Shown here in pieces: positions 1 through 10,500 of a stretch of 57,915 nucleotides of DNA. The DNA comes from a virus (taxonomy: Duplodnaviria; Caudoviricetes): positions 1 through 57,915 of the IMG/VR virus record IMGVR_UViG_3300042480_000777; one strand, 5' to 3'. The stretch's first letter is position 1; each line of letters starts with the position of its first letter. The notes below the pieces were generated by a model that did no database searches, was not told where the DNA came from, and saw only the letters and a program-made list of their open reading frames with translations. The translations under genes and the position numbers were made by a program.

Positions 1-278
1 ATGGTGCCCACCAGCCCGAGGGACGGAACAAAAGCCGAGGCCGCGCCAGCTCCGAAGGTGCCCGCCAGGGCCATTGATGCTATCGGCTGCCACGCCTTGG
101 TGACGATGTTGAACCTGTTCACCACCGTGTTGCTGATCGTCTGGTAGACAAACGGGTTGCGAGACACATCGGAGCGCAGGTCTGAAGCCATTGAAGCCGC
201 AGCCGCATGGGCGTTGGGCGCCGGGTTGACCTGCCGCCAGACGAGTTGGTCGATGACTTTCTTGAAGGTGTTTGCCAT
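1..278 (-). CDS. Hypothetical virion-associated protein, runs off the window edge
   Basis: ATG at 278 opens MANTFKKVIDQLVWRQVNPAPNAHAAAASMASDLRSD..., open to position 1; follows the stop of 288..704; not in the ORF track because it is truncated. Confidence 0.7.
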   Translation of the reverse strand, partial: MANTFKKVIDQLVWRQVNPAPNAHAAAASMASDLRSDVSRNPFVYQTISNTVVNRFNIVTKAWQPIASMALAGTFGAGAASAFVPSLGLVGT

Positions 279-287
279 TTTGTTCTC

Positions 288-704
288 TCAGGTGATGCGG
301 GCGCGGACACATTGCGCCCAGGCGGAACGGTTTTGATCGAACACAGTCATCTGCGCGGAGTAGCCGCCGACTGCTGCAATGTTTGCCAGCGTCGTGACTG
401 TCGTGACTGTCGTGACTGTGGTGACTGCGGTGACCGTGCCGCTTTCAACCACCACTGTGCCGCGCTGCCGCCCGATCGATTTGTCATAGCCCAGCGGGGC
501 CATGAGCACTTGCAGAATGCGCAGCAGCAGGCCGCCGGTGTGACGGTCGGCCACGGGCAGCGGCGCGTCTTCGGTGACGGGCGTGGGCACGCCGTCTTGC
601 AGGTGCTCGATCAGCGCCTTCTGGTGGTGGGCTCCGCCGCCGTCCTGGTCGGTGGCGACGTTCGCCCCCGAGCCCGGGGTGTAGCCAAGTTGTGATGCGG
701 CCAT
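288..704 (-). CDS. Hypothetical virion-associated protein with TTV repeats
   Basis: 138-aa ORF co-oriented and tightly packed with neighbours; contains VTAVTTVTTVTTVTT. Confidence 0.7.
   Translation of the reverse strand: MAASQLGYTPGSGANVATDQDGGGAHHQKALIEHLQDGVPTPVTEDAPLPVADRHTGGLLLRILQVLMAPLGYDKSIGRQRGTVVVESGTVTAVTTVTTVTTVTTLANIAAVGGYSAQMTVFDQNRSAWAQCVRARIT
391..437. repeat. 9-bp coding tandem repeat (GTCGTGACT-like, about 5 units)
   Basis: gtcgtgact gtcgtgact gtcgtgact gtggtgact gcggtgacc; encodes the TTV repeats. Confidence 0.85.
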
Positions 705-712
705 GCTCTACC

Positions 713-1093
713 TCAAGCCGCGTGCGTGATCGCCGCGCTATCGATGGTCACCGTCTGACCTGCGGTGATGGACAGCGAGTCGAGGATGATGTCGGCAGCA
801 CTCAGCCCAACCGTCAGGCCGGTAATGCGATCGTTGTTGTTGCTGTCGCGGATACGGGCGGCAGCAGGCGTGCCCGAGGCGTTCGCCGAGGTGTCAGACT
901 TCGGGAATCCGCTGAGGGTCAGCACGGCGCCGGAGACCGTTCCGCACGGGTCGTTGAGGGTGATCTCAGCCAGCACGGTGGCCATGCCGGCCGTGCCGAT
1001 CTGCAGCACGCCGGGGCCGCTGCCAGAGTCGACCTGGTCGCGAACCGCCGTCATGCGAGCTGCCTTGGTGGAGGTGTCGTAAATGACTGCCAT
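713..1093 (-). CDS. Small beta-rich phage structural protein (tail/decoration-type)
   Basis: 126 aa, Thr/Ser/Gly-rich, ends ITAGQTVTIDSAAITHA; GAAAGGA RBS upstream. Confidence 0.75.
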   Translation of the reverse strand: MAVIYDTSTKAARMTAVRDQVDSGSGPGVLQIGTAGMATVLAEITLNDPCGTVSGAVLTLSGFPKSDTSANASGTPAAARIRDSNNNDRITGLTVGLSAADIILDSLSITAGQTVTIDSAAITHAA

Positions 1094-1134
1094 GATGTTT
1101 TCCTTTCAAACAAAATGTTGGTGGCTGAAGAAAA

Positions 1135-1548
1135 CTAGAGTCGAGGTGCGGCGTCTACGGACTCGATGAAGCCGCGGACGTCTCGCTTGATGGTGAACGT
1201 CCATGACTTCGGCGAGGCCGCGGGCGCCGAAACCCGCAGCTCGCGCAATCGTTCGGCGATGGCCTGAACCACCTTCTCGTTGCCGGACTCGATGGCCTGG
1301 GCCACCGGGTCCATGTCAAGGTGGATCTGGATCGTCTCTTGGGTCGCCACGACGGGCGACGGATCCGCGGGCGCGGGCTCGGCGGCCTGGGGCGTTGGCT
1401 GCTCGGGGGCCGGCTCGGGCGCAGGCTCGGGCTCGCGGCGCGAGACCTTGTCCATGGTCGTGTTGAACTTGCTGGCGCCGAGCTCGACCTGAGCACCGGC
1501 CGCCAGCGCCAATCGCTTGAGATCGGCCTGTGACTTGACTCGTCTCAT
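1135..1548 (-). CDS. Hypothetical protein with Pro/Glu linker
   Basis: ATG at 1548 overlaps the giant gene stop (ATGA); ends WTFTIKRDVRGFIESVDAAPRL. Confidence 0.7.
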   Translation of the reverse strand: MRRVKSQADLKRLALAAGAQVELGASKFNTTMDKVSRREPEPAPEPAPEQPTPQAAEPAPADPSPVVATQETIQIHLDMDPVAQAIESGNEKVVQAIAERLRELRVSAPAASPKSWTFTIKRDVRGFIESVDAAPRL

Positions 1549-4500
1549 TTCTTCAGGCACTCCAGCAGTTTGCCGATTGTAGCGATTCGCTGATTGTAGT
1601 CAGACAGCGCCTCGCCGGCGTCAACCGTGAGCCTGGCCTTTTCCCCGGTGTCCTCGACCTCGACTTCGTAGGTCACGCGCCGGCCGCGAGCTTGGGCTGG
1701 CGTGACCTCTTCGCGCTCCTGTGGTTGAGGCTCAGCGGCCTCCGGTGCGCGGTCGGCGGACTTCGTTACTTCTGAGGCGGCTGCTCCGGCGGCAGACTCC
1801 CCACCAGGAACCTCTGCTGCCGGTTCTGCTCGTTGAGCTCCATCCCCTGCAGTTGCTGCCGCAACAGCGTCACGAACGGAGCGTCCTTGCCAAGACGCTG
1901 CTCCATCGCGGCCAGATTGTTGCGCAGCATTTCGAGTTGAGTAGGCATTGATCGCGTCCTTGTATTCGTCGTTGAAGCGGGCGTCCACCTCGTAGTGGAA
2001 GAGTCCACCGAACGACACGCCAGGCAGCCTGTCGATCACCCGGTTGACGAGCTCCTGCAAGTCGCCGCGCGCCCCCTCCATCTTACCAACGATCTGTTGG
2101 TCCGTCAGCCCATTCCAGCTGCTATCGCCGTAGCGCGCATTGAACTCAGGCAGGTACATGATGCGCATGCCAACGGCCTTGGGCATGGCGCCGGAGAGCG
2201 CCTGCGGCGTGCGCCGGCCATCAACCACAACGGTGTAGCCGCCGATGCGGAAGTATCGATCGCTGCGGCCTTCGCCCTCGGGCTGCGCGCGCGGCACGGC
2301 GGTGCGCGCCACGCGGCGCATCATCTGCTCGACCTTGTCGGGGTCGGCTGAGTCGCGGAAGTAGATCTCCACACCCGGTCGGTGCAGGGTCAGGTCGACG
2401 TTTTCGTCGGGGCGCAGCACGCGAGCCACGAAGGCCGAGTCCTGGCGCTCGCGCTGCGCGACCTCAAAGGTCTTGGCCGCCAGCGGCAGCGGATTGAACC
2501 CGTCGCGGGCGATGAACTCGCCGTCGAAGGCGCGCTCCGGTGTGCCGTAGCGGCCCTCGGTGGAGTAGACCTTGGCGGCCACCAGTGAGCGGCCGTTGTC
2601 GCCCTTGTAGGCGGCGCCGTGGATTTCTTGCGCGACCTGCGCCTGCTTGGCGTCGGTCGGCACACTGGCCTGGCCCTGAATCTCAGAGGAGGACTGCACC
2701 GAAAGACCGAGGAAGAATCGATCCAAGGTACGAGACATGCGCGCGAGCTCGCGCAACGATGACTCCCGGGTGGCGCGCAGCTGCTCGGGCAGCGGGCGGT
2801 CGAAGGTCTTGGCCAGGCGTGCAGCCTCTTTCTTGAGGGCGCCGATCCGAGCGGTGACTTGCGCGGCACTGCGGCGCGACTTGGGCAGCCGCTCCAGGGT
2901 GACCGCGACTCGGGCCTTGAGTCCCTCAAGGCTGGTCTGCAACTTGGCCAGGGCCCGGTCGGACTTGGCCGATCCGTCGTTGCTCTTCTTGGCCTTGCGC
3001 ACTGCCGCGGTCATCTTGACCACGGCAGCCATGGCGGCGGCCGCATCCTGGTACGGCTCGAGCTCGTCTGCGATCTCGTAGATGCGGGCCTGAGCAACCT
3101 CCTTCTGCGCGCTGGTGGCGGAGATGGAGCTGTCGGCAATGCGCCTCAGTTCGCGCACCCGGGCCTGGTCCTTGACGCCGGCAAGGTCGGCCTCGAACTC
3201 GAACGAGCCGCCCTCTCCGGCGGCCGACGTCCAGTTGTTGCGCGTCCAGATCTCTTTCTCGACAAACCAGACCAGTGCTTGCAGGTCGTCGTCGTTGATC
3301 TTGCTGAGCACGTCGCTCTGGGCCATCTCAGCGTCGGCGCGCACCCACTGCACAGCCTGGGTGAACACGTCTTGCCCGAAGCCGAACTGCAGCGTGGCGT
3401 CACCCGAGGTCAGCATGCTGCCCGACACGCCGGTCTCGGCCATCGAGGCGATGCGCGGCCTGCCGGCGTTGCGCTGCAGGTTGCGCGCCGCCCACACGTC
3501 GATGGTGGCGCGGCCACGGAAGCCGATCAGATTGCCGCTGAAGTTCAGCGCCTTGGGCGCCGTGCCTCCGCGACCGATGTCCGGGTCGGCGTTCTTGACC
3601 ACGCGCCACAGGTCGATCATGGCGCGCACGACGTTCTGGCCGTTGAAACCGTACTTCTTGCCCGACTCCTTCGCCGGCAGCATGTCGTCGGGGAAGTTGC
3701 GCGCTTCCTTGGCGCGCTCGGCGAGCCACTGGTATTCGCCGAGCTCCTTGATCGCCTTCTTTGACATGCCGCGCTCGAGCATGGCATTGAAAAAGTCCTT
3801 GAACCGCGCCTCTATCTGGTCGACGTTGTCCGCCCAGGCGACCCATTTCGGCATGAGCTCATCGAAGTCGCCACGCAGTGCGCGGCGCAACGAGTCGATC
3901 GCGTTGTCCCAGTTGCCGCGCACCGGCGTGTTGGGGCTGGTGGCGCCCAGCAGGTCGGCGTACAGGTCACCCAGGCCGCCGAACTCGCGGCGCAGGCGCT
4001 CGCGCATGGCCTTGTACCAGGCCGCCTGGGCGATGATGTTGGAGGCTGCCTTGTCGCCAGCCTTGGCCCGCTCGTACACCTCACGAACGTCGGCCACCAA
4101 GCCACCAGCCACGCGCCTTACCGCCGCGTCGTACTCGGGCGTGCCAGGCTTGAGTGCGCGCCCATCAGGATCGGTGTTGAAGCTGTAGGGCACGTTCTCG
4201 TAGACGTACGCGACCTTCTGCTTGCCGCTGTCGTCAGTCTCGAGCTCGGCGCGCACGAACACCACCGGCGCCCAGCCGTTGCTCGGCGGGTGCGCCGCCT
4301 TGGCGTCGCGCACCGTGGCCTCAATCTCCTCGGCATCGAGGCCGGTATTGACCGCCGACTTCTCGATCGCCTTGCGCTCGGCGTCACTGAGCACCACGCG
4401 CGCGGCCACCACGCGCTCACCGCGCTCGGCCACCAGGTTGTGCAGGCTTACGTCGCCGACGCGGTCTTCGGTCTTGCGGATGTCGTCTTCGCTGACGCTG

Positions 4501-7500
4501 AAGACCCCGCCATTGAAGTCGGCGCTCTTGAGCTGGTTGGGCTCGAAGGCCACGAAGACGTCCGCCGGCTCGCCGCCGTACCCGGGGCCACCGCCGTCGT
4601 CCATGACGCTGCGAATGATGGCGCCGTCGTTACGCGACCGGCGCGCCCCGCGAACCACATCGTCGGTGGTCTCGTAGTTGTCGCCCGCGGGCTCGGCGGT
4701 GGCGCCGTCGTTTTCGCTGGCCAGGCGCTCGGCCTCTTCCTGCTCCAGGTACGCTCGCCCGTCATCGGTGTAGATGAGATCGCCATCGGCGTCGAGGACC
4801 TGGTACTGCCCATAGCGAGACCCGTCCCAGTTCGCGCCCTCGAAGTGCGACTCGCTGGGGTTGCGGATGTTGACGAACAGGGCGTAGATGCCAGGCTGGT
4901 CGCCGGCCTGCGGATCATCATCGGCGGGCTCCACCACGCGGCGCGCCCGGTTGCGGCGCACGTAGCTTGCCGCCATGCCTACGTCGTCGGTTGCGAAGAT
5001 GCCGAGGTCGCCGCGCTTCTCGCCGCCCGGCTCCTCAAAGGCCATGAAGCCGCCCTTGCCGCTGCCGTGGTAGACCACCAGCGGCTCGCCGTTCTCGTCG
5101 ACAGCCTTGGAGACCTCATCCAGCTGATCGCTCCAGACGCCACCCTCCTTGCCGGCGAACTTCTCCCAGTCGCCGAACCAGTTCTTGAACGACGGCGTGC
5201 GCACCTGCACCCACTGCCGCTCATTCAAGTTGCTGGGCGTGCCGTTCGGCGCCTTGAGCCACTGCTCAGTGCCCTTGAACTTGGCCTCAACTTCGGCGTA
5301 CTCGCGCTTGGCGCGATCGGCGGACTTGCGGATTTCCGGCCCCACCCCTCGGGCGATGCCGGCCAGGCCCTGCTTGTCCATGCCGACGGGACTCTTTGCG
5401 GCCGCCACGACGGCGGCCTTTGCATCGGCAAACCCCGGGTGCAGACCGTCGGGTAGGCTGTCTGGGCTAAACCACTGGGCGCTCGAGCTCTCCCAATTCA
5501 GCCGCGGGCCAAACTCGGACGGAACGGTGGCGATGAACGTGTTGTAGGTGGCGTTTCCAAACTTGACGGAGGCCACGGGCTCGAGCGCGATGTCGCCCGA
5601 GTAGCCGATCTCTTCCTTGGCTTCGCGGGTGGCAGCGTCAACGAGTGACTCGCCCTCATCAACGGCGCCACCAGGAATGCTCCAGGTGCCAGGGTTGGCG
5701 ACGCCAGGGCCACGCTTCGCAAGCAGAATGCGGCCAGTGTCGGCGGCGCGGAAAACGATGCCTGCAGCCTGCGGGCCCGCGGACTTGCGCTCGGAGCCCA
5801 TGATCTGGCGCACTCTTCGTACCAGCTCGTCCTTGTACATAGCCGCGTCGCCATTGAACGCGCCGATGTCCAGCAGCTGCGCAGCCTCCTCGGGCATCGT
5901 CGCCATCAGGATCTGCGCCCAGCGCGCGGGCGCGAGCGAGCCGGCCGGCAGGCTCTTGTTGGCGGCGATGCGATCGCCCAGGTCCATTTCGCGCGCCTTC
6001 GGGGCCGGAGCGGTGGCGGTCTCGTCGCCATCAATGCGTGAGCGCGGGCCGAGCACCTCGGGGGTGATGGTCTGCTTGCCGAGCAGGATGACCTGGCCGG
6101 GCTGCGTGCCCTCCAGGCGTGTGAGGTAGCCGCTGTAGCCGTTGTCGAGCACCTTCGACTCGAAGACCCGGGCGTTGCCGCCCTTGAGCTTGAGGGGGTC
6201 CGCGTCGGCGTCGTAGATGTTGGTGAGCGTGGCCTTGTGGGCAATGCCGCCCACACCAGACTCCGGCCGCACGCCGGTGCCCTTGTCGAAGTAGAAGGAC
6301 AACCTCTCGCGAATCCGTCCGTCTGCGGAGGACATGATCTCGTCGCGCGCGCTGCCCCTCAGGCCGGTGCCGAAGAACGAAGTCGACAGCGTCTTGCGCG
6401 GCTGCTGGCTGAAGTGGTAGCCGGTGACAGTGAGGCCCTCGGGGCGATCCTCGCTCTTGCGGATGTCGGGGTTCTCGGGGTCGTAGGTTCCCTGGTTGCC
6501 GATGGCGGACTTGATCTGCTCGGGGTCGAAGGTGATGAACTCGCGTGCGCCGGGATTCGACGAGCTTTCAACGATGAGCCCGTCGTGGCCCATTTCGCGC
6601 AATGCGTCTTGAAGTTGGCGGCCAACGTACCCCGTGTCTTCGCGGCGCATCCCGGCAATCAAACGCTGCGCTTTTTCGCGGGGAAGGATGTCGCGAATCA
6701 GGTCGAAGTTCGCTTCGTCGCCTGGGTCGCGCTCGTAGTAAGCGGGCTCGCGGTAGATGTACGGGCGCTCCATGCGCAGGTACACCGGCATGACGTTCTC
6801 GCCCTCGTCCGAGTTCAAGGCGTACTCATCGGCGAGCGTCGCGTCGTCCGTGAAGTACATGCCCTTGCCGTACCAGCCGCGGCGAGACGCGCGAAAGACT
6901 GTGATGTCCGCGCCCGTCCCGTGGTACACCACCAGCGGCCGGCCCCGACCGTCAACCACCTTGCTGTCACCGAACCACTTCTTGAACTCGGGCGTCTCGG
7001 TCTGGGCGCGGTCCTCCGACTTGCGGATGCCGGCGATCTTGGCCATCTCTCGGAAGCGCTGCACCACCTTCTTGTGGTGGTTGCCGATCGACATCTGGTC
7101 GACCTTCATCTTCGGCGTGCCGGTGATGTTCTTCGTCGTTTCGCGCCCGTCAACGAACTCGGTGGCCGACGTGATCAGCGCGCCGCCAGAGGTGCGCGTC
7201 TGCAGCAAGACGGGGATACCCTCGTCGCGCAGATCGGTTGTGGCGGACCAGTCGTTGAGGCCGTTCTTCTTGAGCTGCGTGTGGGCGCGCTTGACGCGGT
7301 CCTCGCTCTTCTTGAGCTGCTGCTCGGCGCGCAGCTGCTCCGCAGCCATCGCACGTTGCGACACGCCGGAGCTCTTGAGGTAGTCGGCCATGGCGTCGCG
7401 GAACGCGGCGCGCACTTGCTCGAGCTCCTTGACGAAGCTGTCGGCCTTGTAGCCTGGCCGCTGGGCTGCATCGAGAATGCGCGCGACCATGCGCTTGAAC

Positions 7501-10500
7501 AGCGCAGAGAGCTTGGCGATGATGCCCTTTGCGTTTGCGCCGTTCTCCTCCTGGATCTTCAGAAGCACCTCGCCCCAGAACGTCGGGTCCTTGAGCAGGT
7601 TGCCGCCCAGGTCGGACACGAGCTCCTCGAGCTCGCCGCCGCTTTGCTCGGACAGCGCCTCGCTGCCTTGCTCCCCGATCTTCAGGTCGGTGCGGCCGCT
7701 CTTGGCGACGAACTCCTTGGCATTCTTGGCCGCGCTCTTGCCACCAAAGGTCTTGACCGTCTTGCCGTCGGCATCGCGCACCACGACGCTGCCGTAGTAG
7801 TCCTTACGGAAGCTCTTGGGGTCAATGACGCGCTCGCGCACAACGGCGGCAATCGCGTTCCAGGCCTCGGGGTTGGTTTCGCGCAGGGTGTGGAAGAACT
7901 CGTGGCCGAACACCGCCAACGGGTTGATCGTGGTCTCGCTCGCCACGAAGAGCGTGTTGGGCTGGCCGGGGATCGCGAAGCCGTCAGCCAGGCGCTTTCC
8001 GTCGGCCTTGTAGAAGACGACCTGCTTGCCAAGCATGTCGGCGATGGTCTGAATCAGCTCTCCGTCCTCTTGTGACAGCGGGCTGGGTCCGCTGCCTCGC
8101 GGGGCGCTGGTCTGCTTCGGTAGCTCGCTGGCTCGAACCAGGCGCAGCTTGCGCTGCTCGCCGCCGTCGCTGACGTAGAAAAACTTGGGCTGGCCGTCGG
8201 CATCAGCCTGCTCGGCGGGCGCGAGGTTGGGCTGCGTGATGGCGGCCTCAACCGCAGCACCCGGCGCGGCTGCAGCTGTTGCCTCAGGGGCAACAGTTGT
8301 TGCGCTTTGCGCAACACCCGATCCAGCCGCCGGCTTCTTCGCCGCACGCGACTTGGCCCAGGTCTTGAACTGGCCAACGCTCATCTCGGTGATGGCGCCC
8401 AGGCCGGTCCAGCCCGGCTCGTAGTTGGCCAGGTAACCCTGGCGCGCCGCCTCTTCCGAGGTGAAGCCCATCATGACCTTGTGCTCGTCGAACGAGCCGT
8501 CCTCACTCACCTGGTCGATGACGAAGATCTTGTTGGTGTCAGGACGAGGGCCAATGAAAACATCCACAGGGTCGCCGTCGGCACCTTCCGTGCGCTTGAT
8601 TTCGCCATAGTGGTGAACCATTTTGGTTTCCCATGGCTTGGCTGCGCCTGGCTTGCTGCGACGAATGGAGCCCTCCGGATTCTCAATGGTGATGACGACA
8701 CCGTTGAGGTCAATCTTGTCGCCCTTCTTCCAGTTGTTGGCCTCAATGTTCCGAGCGGTGGGCTCGCTGCGATCGTTGAGCGGGCTGGTCGCGGCGGTGT
8801 TGGCCAGGGCGTCGACGCGATCCTTGATCGCCTTGCGCGCAAGCTGCGCATCAGCCGGGCCGTCGAGCCGGAACTTCTGGCCGGTCTTGGTGTTGGTGAG
8901 GAAGAACGTGTTGCCGTCGCGCGCCACGGTCTCGAAGCCGTTGTCGACCAGCTGACGCACGACGTTCGAGCGCTTGCGCAGGAAGGCGGGCTGATCGGTG
9001 TCGCCGCCCAGAGGGCCGGTGGCCTTGGCTGGCGCGGGAGCCGTGGTCAGGAAGTCCAACTCGTTGGGTTGCGACGCAACATTCGGTTGCGACGTGGGCG
9101 CAGCAGAGCCGGGGGTCGCGGGCGCGGCCTGCTCCAGGGCGGACGCGCCTTGCGCGCTCGGCGCGCCGGTCGGGGCCTGGTAGCGGCCGACGATCTCGAG
9201 CGCCTGCTGGGCGGCGTTGACGCGGACGGTGTTCTCGCCCTGGCTGTTGTTGGCCAGGTTGTAGAGGTAGAGCAGCTGCTGGCGATCCGGGTCCGAGATC
9301 TTGCCGCGCAAGCTCGGGTCGCGCAGGGCGCTGGCCACGGCGTTGAGCGATGGCACTTCGCGCGGCGCGGCCTCAGCCGACTCGACGGGCGCGAAGTCGG
9401 GGTTGTTCTGGATCGAGTCCATCGGCGCCGGCGGCGGCGCATCGCGATTGGCGAAGAAGGTGGCGGTCTCGACGCGCTCCAGCGCAGCCTCGCGCGCGGC
9501 GCGCGGGGCGTTGACGTTGCGGGCGAGCGCCATGTCGGCGAGCACCTCGCGCGAATCCAGGCCGTCCAGGCGCAGGTTGTCGAGCCAGCCCTCGGTGCGC
9601 ATGCCCTCCTCGAGGTTGCGCACGCGCTGCACCAGATCGTCGGCGGCCGGTGGGCGAGTGTCGGTTGGCGGAACTGCGCCGGCGGGCGGCACGGCGGGGC
9701 TGGCTGTGGCCGCGGCCGCAGACAGTGCGCCCGCATTGCCGGCCATGGCGGCGCGCGACAGCGGGCTGTTGGGCTCGGCAGCCTTGGCGGCCACAGGCTT
9801 GAGCTCGGGTGGCAGGCTCGGGCTGCTGGCGAAGCCGCCGACCGCGCCGACGGGGCCGCCCACAAGGGCGCCGCCCAGGAAGTCGCCGGCCGTGTTGCGC
9901 AGGGCGTTGTCGCCGGCGGCGCGGCCCAGGGCGATGTTCTCGCCGACGTTCTGGCCGACCTTCTCGGTGGTCTCCTGGCCGCCCTCGGCAATGCTGCCCA
10001 CGCCGCCGCCAATCGCGGCGCGCCCGGTGCGCGATGCCACCGAGTCGCCCAGCACGCGGGCCATGCCCTTCTTGGCAACGAAGTCCTCGAGCACGCGGGC
10101 ATTGAGGTAGCCGCCGGCCGCACCGAAGGCGGCAGCGCCAAGGCTGGCGTACTGCGCCGCCTGGTTGACCACGGCCTGGCGCGCAGACTGCTCGTCGCCG
10201 GTGGCGTTGAATGCTTCGGCGTAGGTCGGCACTTCGGCCAGGAGCTGCTCGTGGCTCATCTTGGCCAGCGTGGCCGCAGCCGACTGGCGCACGTCCTCTG
10301 CCGCGGCGCCGCCGGTCATGGCGCCGCCGGTGCCCACGCCGATGGCGCGCGAGGTGCGCGAGGCGGCCTCGGCGGCCTTGAACAGCTCCGCCGCCTTGGC
10401 GGCATCGCCGGCGGTCTCCGCGGCGCGCGCAGCCTTGGTGAGTGAGGCCACCCGGGCAGCCGGCCCCGCAATCGGAATCAGGGTCGTGGCGAGGGAGCCG

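Noticed and set aside
391-437. 9-bp tandem repeat as a phase-variation switch
   Set aside because: Unit length is a multiple of 3, so slippage changes only the TTV repeat count
8291-8302. CAACAGTTGTTG as another operator copy
   Set aside because: The spacer is 2 nt rather than 3 and it lies in coding sequence; left out of the count, though the local A/T-rich patch is odd
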